A stretch of DNA of 64,000 nt, taken from NCBI RefSeq assembly GCF_004010195.1, contig NC_057718.1, forward strand, positions 51,778,373 to 51,842,372, written 5' to 3'. The position numbers and the translations under genes were made by a program. Under the pieces are notes generated by a model. The model made no database searches. It was not told where the DNA came from and saw nothing but the letters and a program-made list of their open reading frames with translations. Positions 1 to 10,405 of the stretch are shown here, piece after piece; position 1 is the first letter of the stretch; every line of letters begins with the position of its first letter. The stretch is from Chiloscyllium plagiosum. Taxonomy: Eukaryota.

Positions 1-87
1 TCTGGTGGTGAGGGAGTGGCAGTGAAGGAGGCCCAGGACCTCCATGTCCTCGGCAGAGTGGGAGAGGGAGTTGAAATGTTGGGCCAT
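1..87 (-). mobile_element. Penelope-like element fragment (GIY-YIG region), cut by the window edge
   Basis: ggaggcccaggacctccatgtcctcggcagagtgggag is homologous to the PLE copies at about 5750-5810 and 34450-34510. Confidence 0.75.
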
Positions 88-489
88 AATGCAAAATACA
101 AGTGCACATTTGTTGATGTGTTGCTATTTAAGAACCAAGCTACACAAGTTATGCCTTAGATTACTCAATCTTAGAATCTTATATAAAGAAGTGTTGCTCT
201 TTCTTTGATGCCCAAGATAGCCGAACATTTTCGCATTATTCAATAGGTGACCTTTATGTACTGGAAAATATTCAAATGGTTGAAAATGTTCACTTTTGAT
301 CAGCAACAACTGAACCTCACCCAAAAGTGAAAAAAACACAAACAGAACAAAAGCTGTGATTGCTTCTGGGAACAGACAAAGACTGCTTGCCTTTTGAGAA
401 GCAATAATTTCGCAGTCAGTAAATGATCACTAAACTCAGCTCATATTTTGGAACAGTGTTTCAATTACGCCCAGTCTGGTTATTGACAT

Positions 490-1060
490 CTCTAAAAAAG
501 GAAACTGTCTCTCCATATCTATACTGTCTATGCCCCTCAGAACTTTGTACACCTCAATCAGGTATGAGCTCAGCCTTCTCTCGCTCTAAGGAAAACATTC
601 CTGGTCTATATTGTCTCTCTTCATAGATGAATCACTCTGGCTCCAGGGGCATCCCAATGACACTCTTGAATACCCTCTCCAATTCAATCACATCCTTCAT
701 ACAATGTGTCAACCAGAGCTGCATGCAATACTGCAGCTGTGGCCTAACTAACGTGACACACAGCTCCATCATAACACCTGAGTTCCTGAATTCAATGCCT
801 TCTCAAATAAAGAAAACATAGATATTTAAAAATGGCAAAGAGGATTCAGATGTGCAAATTGCACCTCTTACACACCTGATCCACCTGTTCTACCACTTTC
901 AAGGATCAATGGACATGGACACCGACATCCCTCTGATCGTTTGTACTTGTTAGAGTCCTACCATTCAATGTGTGCTCCCTTGTCTTGTTAGTCTTTCAAA
1001 AATGCGTCACCTCACACTTTTCAGGATGGACTTCTATTTGCCATTTTCACCTGATCAAAC
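490..1060 (-). mobile_element. Degraded CR1 LINE, ORF2 3' part
   Basis: Resembles the reverse complement of the CR1 RT C-terminus seen at 17500-18000 (e.g. accagagctgcatgcaatactgcagctgtggcctaac, equivalent to VRPxLEYCVQFW). Confidence 0.7.
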
Positions 1061-1701
1061 CAGCCGCTCTATTTTTAGACGGTGGATGCTTCATTTTAGT
1101 TTCATCACTATAAACTCTGGAAAACAGTTTTTATGGATGATTTATGAATGCACAGAATTGCTGAGTATGGAGAGTGAAATGAAGTTTGGGTTAGAGTTTT
1201 ATGAAGTTGGCAAGACAACGTAGATATTTAAAAATGGCAAAGAGGATTCAGATGTGGAAATCTCACCCCTATTTCTGACAGATCCAATTGTTTCTGTAGG
1301 GACAATGATCCTCACAATGGAAAATACAAACTTGTTTTGATTCAGTGCTGAAATGAAAAATTCATCCCGTAGACATACAAACTCAAAGGATTGATAAAGT
1401 CTATATAAGAGCTGAAGATTTTCAAATGCCCTGTTCATTAATGAGCTTTAAAAAAAAAAGGCTGCAGCTGTCACTGCGTATAAAAAATAAGTGGACTCCT
1501 TTGATTAATAGTAGGCTATAATGGAGACAGAGAGGATATGACGGACCATTGTGAATTGGTGGTGAATGAATTGACAATGTGTTAATGTGAAAGCGGTAAG
1601 GAGCAAAAAGGTGTGGATGGAGAGAATGTGTAAGCATTGAGTTGATATCTGGAGCATGAACTATAGGATGGTGGTAGAGTAGGGCTCCTGAGCCATACCT
1701 C

Positions 1702-2380
1702 ATCCACTCTGACTACTTTTCTTTCTTCTTTTCTTTATTTTCTTAGTTTTTCTCTCTTTCTACTTACCTTTTGGAAAGAGCTTGGTCATAGAGGCAGTGG
1801 CGGTGATGGCGCTGGCTGAGGGCCAAGAGCAGAGACTTTGGTGGTTGGTCACAAGGTGGTTGGTGTGCCCAGGTAGAACTCTGGCAGTTGGCAGCATCAT
1901 GGAAGTGACTGGAGGTCTCTAACAGCACCAGAACGGGTCTTTGGCAGCCTGTGGAGATGCTGATGAGCCTGGATGGTGGTCAGTGGTAAGATGGCAGTGC
2001 AGAGGCACAGGGATTGAGAAATTGAGTCCAGTGTGAGAGACACAGAGAGAGAGAGAGAGAATGGCGGTCAGCGGTGAGACAGCAGCACAGTGGTGCAGGG
2101 AGAGAGAGATCATGCCCCCATGGGAAAAGCCCAGCATGGTGTGACTGCAAGCCTATGCTAAAAAAGGATTGCAACTCGGAACTTTTAGCTTTATTCCTTA
2201 TTTACTACTTTATACTGACGAGAACTGTAATGTTGCACTTTTAACTTATTTCTTTATTTTTCCGACACTTGACCAAAGACTTTGTACCTAAGATGGCACC
2301 GTGAATGGCAACATTTTAAGCTTTTCACTGTATTCCTGTATCCCTGTCAGTGTGTGACAATAAAACTTAATTTTAATTTT
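1702..2380 (+). mobile_element. Non-autonomous interspersed repeat with a ...gtgacaataaa 3' tail (possibly Rex1/Babar-type LINE tail)
   Basis: Shares actttgtacctaagatg and gtgacaataaaac with the copy at 43273-43720. The family assignment is inference. Confidence 0.5.
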
Positions 2381-3033
2381 GACATGAACGGTGTCAGGAT
2401 CTAGGAGGGATTGACTGGGGGTGGGCTGTAAGGTGTATGAAGGACAGGTGGCTTAACGACTTCTAAAACAGCTTCAATAAAAGCATGGGGACTGCTTAAG
2501 GGCCTTCTAAGCAGCCCTAATGGCAGGGTGGGGGGGCAAGACTTTAGAATTCAGAACATTAATCTCCACGTATTTAATCATTCTCCTGGTTCATCTTCTT
2601 TGTATTTTGACATTTCCTGCTATATCTTGACAAGGAAGATCACGTTCAAATTTTGAAATGGGTTGACAGGGCCAACACTCCAACTATCCAAAGTCAATGT
2701 CTGAAGCCATGGTCTATGATTGAATTTGGACTTACTTGTACACATTCACCGGTTAGCTACAGTCACCAAAGGGTTTCCCCACTGCCTGTTCACTTCAAAG
2801 ACAGGGAATCAACCATTAGTGTTTTTGGTTGATGAAAGGAGGACCTTGCTGCTCTTCCTGACCCAACAAATTTATGATTCAAAATGTACTGAAGTTTAAT
2901 CTGCACAGCCTCCAGAGTCTCCTTTTGGAACTGTGAGACAAACCCCTCAACAATTGGTGCAAAGTTTGTGAGAAGATTTGTAGCTCGGGTGCTCGTTGCT
3001 GTGGTTCTGTTCGCCGAGCTGGAAGTTTTTGTT

Positions 3034-3073
3034 ACAAACGTTTCGTCCCCTGTCTAGGTGACATTCTCAGTGC
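3034..3073 (-). ncRNA. Minimal hammerhead motif with core G8>A change (probably inactive)
   Basis: Minus strand reads gca-CTGAGAA-t-gtcacctagacaggggac-GAAA-CGTT^tgt. Confidence 0.65.
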
Positions 3074-3489
3074 TTGGGAGCCTCCTGTGAAGCGCGCTTC
3101 TGTGGTGTTTCCTCCGGCATTTATAGTGGCCTGTCCCTGCCGCTTCCGGTTGTCAGTTTCAGCTGTCCGCTGTAGTGGCCAGTATATTGGGTCCAGGTCG
3201 ATGTGTTTGTTGATGGAGTTTGTGGATGAGTGCCATGCAGACAACAACTCACCAGAACGAAGGACCCGATACCCAGCATGATCAAAACTAATGTAGTGTA
3301 CAAAATCTGGTGTTTCCTCCGGCATTTATAGAGTGCCATCCACAATCTCCATCAACAAACACATCGACCTGGACCCAATATACCGGCCACTACAGCGGAC
3401 AGCTGAAACTGACAACCGGAAGCGGTAGGGACAGGCCACTATAAATGCCGGAGGAAACACCACAGAAGCGCTTCACAGGAGGCACCCAA

Positions 3490-3529
3490 GCACTGAGGAT
3501 GTCACCTTGACAGGAGACGAAACGTTTGC
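3490..3529 (+). ncRNA. Minimal type-I hammerhead ribozyme motif, intact core
   Basis: gca-CTGAGGA-t-gtcaccttgacaggagac-GAAA-CGTT^tgc. Helix I is GCA/UGC, helix II is closed by GUC/GAC, and helix III is the loopless palindrome ACGU. Confidence 0.8.
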
Positions 3530-4584
3530 AATAAAAACTTCCAGCTCGGCGAACAGAACCACAGCAATTGGTGCAAATAGACAGGGGGTGCCAAGCTCAA
3601 GCTCCATCCTCTCTATTAGAAATTGTAATTGGAGTTCTACACATGGTAACATGCTTTTCCTGCCTATTCACAGGCCTGAATAAAAACTGCATCAGGTTTT
3701 GACATGGCTGTTGTGTATCTACGAAACTAACATATTACTTCTTGCCATATTGAAACATGCACCCATTGTTTCCACGGAATTTTTCTAGCTATTCATATCA
3801 TATGGCTTTGAAAAATACCAGGGAGTAGAACCACTTAATTGTGCTAAAGTCAGGTATGTATGTGAGAAATCTGGACAGCAAGCATCATAAATTGTTTATA
3901 TCTTGGGTTCTAACACTTGCAATGTGTATAATACAGTCATGTTAATTGGTGCTTGTTGAAAATTTCTGTGGGAGCTCAAAACATTTTGAAATAAGACTAG
4001 ATAGTGAATAAATGATATTTTCAGGCAAACTGCTACTATTTAATTCCATTTTCTTTACAGCATACAGAATGGACTCAAACTTGATTATCCAAAGGAAACC
4101 TCTTCAAAAAATACATTTGTATGCAATTTACCATTGCTTGGCAGGCTGTTAAAAATTGGTGAGTCGTACAATTAAGTTTGACATTTGCCTCTCTCTCAGT
4201 GAACAAAAAGGGTCCTTCAACAAGCAGTAAGGCTCCTGATTTAATGGGTTGTTTAAATCTTTGGCTCAGATGATTTTGGCAATGGGACTAGCAATTGTGC
4301 AGATCAATGGCAGGTCACTCCCGTCCTGAATTTGTGTGTTTTGATTTATTTTGTGTCAAATCAGAAAAATAATTTCCAAATTTTGTCCCTCTCTATTTTC
4401 CAGATGCTTAAGCATGAGTTATGTTTTGCCAGCATTTCTGGTTTCCTTCTTAATATCCTGTCCATCATATTAAGGCAGGAATATCTTAAAGGTCCAGACG
4501 TTTATTTATAAAATTTGCATGTTTGCATGATAAGTAATGAATAAATGACAAAGCAGATTTTGAACTGACAGCAGTTGTATCCAA

Positions 4585-4700
4585 GAGTGTGGTGCTGGAA
4601 AAGCACAGCTGGTCAGGCAGCATCCGAAGAGCAGGAAAATTGACGTTTCAGGGAAAACCCTTCATCAGGAATGAGGCTGGAAGCCTCGGGGGTGGAGAGT
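4585..4700 (-). mobile_element. PLE terminal-repeat fragment with hammerhead motif (4638-4672)
   Basis: Minus strand reads attc-CTGATGA-aggg-tttt-ccct-GAAA-CGTC^aatt, followed by the family tail ggatgctgcctgaccagctgtgcttttccagc. Confidence 0.8.
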
Positions 4701-5334
4701 TTTATCCAAACCCAGTGCCTGGTTCAGAAACACTCTTTTTAAGAGCGCATATGCAGTAAATATATCTGGTATTCCAGTATCTCTCTACATCTTCATAATT
4801 GGGATGTCTATGCTTTATGTAGAAGTCAAATCCAATGTTAATATTAGATTGACTGTCAACAGTCGATTTTCTTGTAACATGATAATGAGTGCCATTATTC
4901 ACAATAAAAGTTCAAACATTAACAAAATTTAGTGTTATGTCTCTCCATCTGTCTCTTGTGCTGCATTCCAGCGACCTAATTGATAGTTTTAGAATCACCA
5001 GCAATCCTCTTGGCACCCAGAATATGGCATTGACAGAACATTTTCCTTATCAGATGCTGTAAGGTTTTTGTCCTTTTGGAACTGTCCCACAAGTTGGTTC
5101 AATCTGTTTCAGCTACCTCCTAGTGCCCATCTTGCTTGACTAAACTATCAGAAAATAAATGAGTAGAATATATTTTTGAGGTCCTGCCAAACAACTTTGT
5201 ATACTTCAGGGAAAATGTCCTCTTCATTGTGTGTCTGGATGTTGAGCACTCACTGAGTAACAGTGCTAGTAGGAATGTCTGGTGAGAGTTTAAGGGTTTG
5301 TGGTTTTGGGCAAGGCAGGAAAATTCACACGTCA

Positions 5335-6115
5335 AGGGTGTGGTGATGGAAAAGCACAGCTGGTCAGGCAGAATCCAAGAAGCAGTAGAATCGATGTTTT
5401 GAGCACAGGCTCTTCACCAGGAAGGAGGCTTGTGGGTCAAGAGGGCTGAGAGATAAATGCAATGGGGCTGGGGTGAAGGTAGCTGAGAATACAATAGGTA
5501 GATGAAGATGGGGATCAAGGTGATAGGTCAGAGAGGAGGTTGGAGCAGATAGGTGGGAAGGACGATGGACAGGTAAGACAGGTCATAAGGGTGGTGCCAA
5601 GTTGGAAGGTTGGATCTGGAATAAGGAGAGCGGAGGGGAAATGAAGAAACTGGTGAAATCCACATTGATCCCATGTGGTTGGCGGATCCCAAGGTGGAAG
5701 ATGAAGGGTTCTTCCTCCAGGCGTCAGGTGGTAAGGGTTTGGTGATGGAGGAGGCCCAGCACTTGCATGTCCTTGGAGGAGTGGGAGGGGGAGTTAGTGT
5801 TTGGCCATGGGGTAGTAGGGTTGTTTCATATCCTGGAAATATTCTCTGTAGCATTCTGCAAATAGGTGTCCTGTCTTCCCAATGTACAGGAGACCACACC
5901 AGGTGCAACGGATACAGTGGACGACATGCGTGGAAGTGTAGGTAAATCTCTGATGGATGTGGAAGGCTCCTATGGGGTCTTGGAAGGAGGTAAGGTGGGA
6001 GGTGTGGTCGCAGGTTTTGCGATTGCGGTGACAGGGGAAGGTGCTGGGAGGGAAGCATGGTACGGTGGTTGGTATGGATCTGAAAAGAGAGTCACGGAGG
6101 GAATGGTCTTTACAA
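5335..6115 (-). mobile_element. Penelope-like (Neptune-type) element 3' part: GIY-YIG endonuclease and terminal repeat
   Basis: ORF 5794-6123 has ...CKTC...HVVHCIRCTWCGLLYIGKT...F.E (GIY-YIG). The hammerhead at about 5389-5422 is degenerate (CTGGTGA, AAAA). Confidence 0.88.
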
Positions 6116-7164
6116 AAATTCATACATCAATATATAAAATTGCAAGTCTGTTAAACATTAGAGTTGAGCTTAGCACGCATTTAGTGAAGAAGAAAATCAA
6201 TGTTGCGTGAGGACAGTGAGTTTAGGACTTGATCAATCAGGAAAGCTAAGAGAAAGTGTACAATTAAATTATCAAAGAACATAAACCAAGACAAAAAAGC
6301 ACAGAACATACAAATGAAAGCCACTGTGGGAATTGGACCATTAAGAAATGCTGATGAAAAAAATCACATGCACTGTTAGCAAATTGGCAGGTAAAGTAAC
6401 TCGTTTCTGTTTCAGGGCAATTGCTGTGTTCTCAAGGTCCTTCTCTTCACAAGGAGACAGAGCAGTGACAGGGGCTCCAGCTTGAGGAAGAACTACACAC
6501 AGGCACCTCAGAAGTTTCCTCCCAGGATCTGCCAGAGGTGGCTGGGTCCTCCTCCTCCACGCTATAGAAGGTGAAGCCGAGGAGGGTCCATTTGCTGTCA
6601 AGGTGTCAGAGTCCTCCCGAAACAGTTGCCCCTACTGTCACCCAAACTAAACCTCCAGCACTATCGGGCCCCACTGCCGGACATGCTCCTTTCATCCTCA
6701 TCATGGAATTTCAGACAATATTCAGACATTGTGATGAATAAAGAGATGAAAAAAAACTTTTTGAGGGCACTTTGGTAGCTTGGATAACTGTGTTTTATAT
6801 CAAGCGTCTTTCATTGGCTTTGCATTAGATCATCTGCATCAGTGTGTAGACCTAAATGTAACTGTGACAGATAATGCTTAGCTTCATGTCCTCACAGGAT
6901 GTGCCATATATTGATGTTTATGTTGAGAGCGTGCTGCAGCATGTAGAATCAAGGTTTATACAGAACAATGTTTCTGCTAGCACCATGGACACTCATGGTC
7001 AAACATCTCTATTTCCCTGGCCTCTGTGTCTGAAGGTAATGGTGTGAACGAAGTGATTAGCAATGCCTTGAGCAGGGAAATTTACAGCACACAGAGAGAT
7101 GATGCCTTAGATGTTGGACTGGGGACCCACAGATCTGTGTTCGTACAATGTATGGTGCGTTATA

Positions 7165-7500
7165 TTTTTAATTCATTCAGCGGATGCAGGCATCACTGGC
7201 TAGGCCAACATTTATTGCCCTTGCCTTATTGCCCAGAGGATATTTGAGTCTTCCACATAACTGTGGGTCTGGAGTCTCATGTAGGATGACAGTTTTGTTC
7301 CCGAAAGGACATTAGTGAATCAGATGAGTTTTTCTGACAATAGTTTCATAGTCAGGAGTAGATTCTTAATTCCAGATATTTTTTATTGAATTCAAATTCC
7401 AGCATCTGCCATGATGGGATTCAAACCCGGGTCCTCAGACATAACCTGGGTGTCTGGATAAACAGCTCAGCAATACTACCACTGTGCCATCATCTCCCCA
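7165..7500 (-). mobile_element. tRNA-derived SINE, SacSINE1/Deu-SINE-like
   Basis: Reverse complement of the family seen at 25335-25672 (tRNA-like head, ...gggcaataaatg...gaatgaat tail). Confidence 0.75.
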
Positions 7501-8948
7501 TGTTACTGTGTGGAAGATAACAACTTGGAAAGTTAAAAGTGAGAATGTCGAAACTGCAAGAGTCAAAACACAGATCCATGCAAGTAAAATTCAAGTTCTT
7601 TGTCCATCAGGACATTTTCTGTGCACAAGCAATAAATGGATGGGGTCCCAGATAGAGCTCAACTGAAAATGTGGACTTCAAGAATCCAAAACACACAAAA
7701 ATGGCGGGTTGGGTTGAGAAGTTAGTATTGTGAAAATTTGCAATGTTTCTGGATGAATACAAATGTTGTTGCCTTCTCAAGAGCTTCACATTGGTGGGTC
7801 TTGTAGCCTATCCCTCAGGTTGTTGCTCTTACCTCATCCACTATGGATGTGCTTGCATCCATTTACTTTCCCATTGTATAGTTTTGATTTCCAGCATGTT
7901 GGAAGGTATAATACACTTTGGCAAATGGCTTCTAGCCTCAGCCTCTGTGCAATTGTAAGAACCCTGAACAAACAGATTTCTTACCTGGCAGCCTTTTCTG
8001 TAAACCTCATAGGCTACTTGCCTCTACAAGCACACACCCAAACTGTCTACACTGGATCTACCCACCATTCCAACTTCTCTCACCAAGCCTCTGGCAGATG
8101 AGGTAAGCATGCCAGATGTGGTCATACACTGTCCACCTCTTGAAGTCAGGGCACTCCTGAACCCCTTTTCCACCACCCATTCCCATCCATGCATTATAGT
8201 ACCCCGTCCTTACAAGTATAGTACGTACAAGTTCAAAATTGTCATTTCCCCAGCCGTCCAGGCTGCAGACCCCAAATCTCATAAATAGGTTGTCATGTTT
8301 CCTTCTCAGAGCAGAAGCCCTTCCTTGTGCTCCAGCAAACTCCTTTTCCCTAAGTTTCCCTGGTTGGCCCTTAAGGACCGTCTGTGACCTCCCCCTTTGA
8401 CTGATGGTGTCTTAGTGATTAGCACTGCTACCTCACAGCACCAGGGACCGGGGGTTCGATTCCACCCTTGAGTGACTGTCTGTGTGGAGTTTGCAAGTTT
8501 AGATTAGATTCCTCACAGATTAGAATCCCTACAGTGTGGAAATAGGCCCTTTGGCCCAACAAGGCGAAAGTGAGGGCAGCAGATGCTGGAGATCAGAGTC
8601 AAGATTAGAATAATGCTGGAAAAGCACAGGAAGTCAGGCTGCATCTGAGGACAAGGAAAATCGACATTTCAACATCGATTTTCCTGCTCCTCGGATGCTG
8701 CCTGACCTGCTGTCCTTCTTCAAGGACCGCAATTTCCCCCCCGACGTGGTCGACGATGCACTCCACCACATCTCTTCCACTTCCCGCTCCTCCGCCCTTG
8801 AACCCCGCCCCTCCAACCGCCACCAGGACAGAACCCCACTGGTCCTCACCTACCACCCCACCAATCTCCATGTACAGCCCATCATCCGCCGTCACTTCCG
8901 CCACCCCCAAACAGACCCCAGCACCAAGGATATATTCCCCTCCCCTCC

Positions 8949-9259
8949 NNNNNNNNNNNNNNNNNNNNNNNNNNNNNNNNNNNNNNNNNNNNNNNNNNNN
9001 NNNNNNNNNNNNNNNNNNNNNNNNNNNNNNNNNNNNNNNNNNNNNNNNNNNNNNNNNNNNNNNNNNNNNNNNNNNNNNNNNNNNNNNNNNNNNNNNNNNN
9101 NNNNNNNNNNNNNNNNNNNNNNNNNNNNNNNNNNNNNNNNNNNNNNNNNNNNNNNNNNNNNNNNNNNNNNNNNNNNNNNNNNNNNNNNNNNNNNNNNNNN
9201 NNNNNNNNNNNNNNNNNNNNNNNNNNNNNNNNNNNNNNNNNNNNNNNNNNNNNNNNNNN
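8949..9259. other. Assembly gap (N run) inside a PLE
   Basis: Run of n characters. Confidence 1.
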
Positions 9260-9440
9260 AATCCATCGAATTCAGCACCGCCTTCCTAACCTGCAATCTT
9301 CTTCCCGACCTCTCCGCCCCCACCCCAGTCTGACCTATCACCCTCACTTTGACCTCTTTCCACCTATCACATTTCCGACGCCCCTCTCCCAAGTCCCTCC
9401 TCCCTACCTTTTATCTTAGCCTGCTGGACAAACTTTCCCC

Positions 9441-9476
9441 ATTCCTGAAGAAGGGCTTATGCCCGAAACGTCGATT
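9441..9476 (+). ncRNA. Minimal type-I hammerhead ribozyme motif, intact core
   Basis: attc-CTGAAGA-a-gggc-ttat-gccc-GAAA-CGTC^gatt. Perfect 4-bp helix II, GUC triplet at 9470-9472, helix I C-G, U-A, U.U, A-U. Confidence 0.85.
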
Positions 9477-9846
9477 CTCCTGTTCCCTGGATGCTGCCTG
9501 ACCTGCTGCGCTTTTCCAGCAACACATTTCCAGCTGCTGTCCTTTAGCCCAACAAGTCCACACCGACCCTCCAAAGAGTAACCCACCCAGACCCATTTCC
9601 CTCTTACTAATGCATCTAACACTACGGGCAACTTAGCATGGCCAATTCACCTGACCTCCACATCTTTGAACTGTGGGAGGAAACCGGAGCACCCGGACAG
9701 AATCCACGCAGACACAGGGAGAATGTGCAAACTCCACTCAGTCGCCCAATTTTGGAATTCTCCCCATATTTGCTTGGGTTCCCTCCAGGTGCTCCAGTTT
9801 CCTCCCACAACCCAAAGACATGCAGGTTGGGTGGATTGGCCAAGGA

Positions 9847-9978
9847 ATTCCTGAAGAAGGGCTTATGCCTGAAACATCGATTCTCCTGCTCATCGGATGC
9901 TGCTTGGCCTGCTATGTTTTTCCAGCACCACACTTTTCAACTCTAGTAGTCCAGCATCCGCAGTCCTCACTTCCTCCA
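9847..9978 (+). mobile_element. Solo PLE terminal-repeat insertion (hammerhead 9847-9882, CGTC>CATC) inside a plus-strand HE1-type SINE
   Basis: attcCTGAAGAagggcttatgcctGAAAcatcgatt. Imperfect flanking duplication tggattggccaagg (9832-9845) and tggattagccatgg (9996-10009). Confidence 0.75.
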
Positions 9979-10045
9979 TGGTGTCCATAGCTAGTTGGAT
10001 TAGCCATGGGAAATACAGAGTTATTTGGATAGGGTAGGGGGGTTA

Positions 10046-10405
10046 TAGCATCATAGAGATGTACAGCACGGAAACAGACCGTTCAGTCTAACACATCCAT
10101 GCCGACCAGATATCCCAACCCAATCAAGTCCCACCTGCCAGCACCCAGCCCATATCCCTCCAAACCCTTCCTATTCATATACCCATCCAGATGCCTTTTA
10201 AATGTTGCAATTGTACTCGCTTCCACCACTTCCTCTGGCAGTTCGTTCCATACACGTACCACCCTCTGCCTGAAAAAGTTGCCCCTTAGGTCTCTTTTAT
10301 ATCTTTCCCCTCTCAACCTAAACCTATGCCCTCTAGTTTTGGACTCCCCCACCCCAGGGAAAAGACTTTGTGTATTTATCCTATCCATGCCCCTCATAAT
10401 TTTCA
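10046..10405 (-). mobile_element. CR1 (HER1-type) LINE 3' end, young
   Basis: ORF 10083-10406 KIMRGMDRIN...FFRQRVVRVWNELP..GPGAGRWD-like is nearly identical to the C-termini at 17900-18194 and 30790-31065. Confidence 0.92.

Larger units (their letters stand above)
2964..3564. mobile_element. Penelope-like insertion made of two inverted terminal-repeat copies, with a 13-bp TSD
   Basis: TSD caattggtgcaaa at 2951-2963 and 3565-3577. The arm at about 2996-3228 is the reverse complement of about 3338-3567. The arms encode WHSSTNSINKHIDLDPIY (PLE endonuclease C-terminus). The spacer encodes RQQLTRTKDPIPSMIKTNVVYKI (first GIY-YIG motif). Confidence 0.88.
8564..9540 (+). mobile_element. Penelope-like insertion with an inverted 5' terminal-repeat piece and a 16-bp TSD
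   Basis: TSD cctttggcccaacaag (8548-8563) and cctttagcccaacaag (9541-9556). Encodes SFFKDRNFPPDVVDDALHHI...RTPLVLTYHP...IIRRHF (PLE RT-EN linker). Spans an N gap. Confidence 0.88.
8405..9745. mobile_element. HE1-type SINE cluster: plus-strand 5' half (about 8405-8497) and a minus-strand copy (about 8498-8563 plus 9541-9745) split by a PLE insertion
   Basis: tRNA-like head (ttagcactgctacctcacagcaccagggac..ggttcgattcc) and V-domain-like core (ctgtgggaggaaaccggagcacccgg). The two halves rejoin across the TSD. Confidence 0.8.

Noticed and set aside
819..1256. 36-bp direct repeat as a possible CRISPR repeat
   Set aside because: Only two copies, 402 bp apart, no cas genes, and a vertebrate context.
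2964..3564. MITE or DNA transposon interpretation of the long inverted repeat
   Set aside because: The arms encode PLE endonuclease sequence and hammerheads, are offset from the element ends, and have a 13-bp TSD, which fits a Penelope inversion.
6341..6601. GC-richer 86-aa ORF
   Set aside because: No recognisable motif or convincing splice context.
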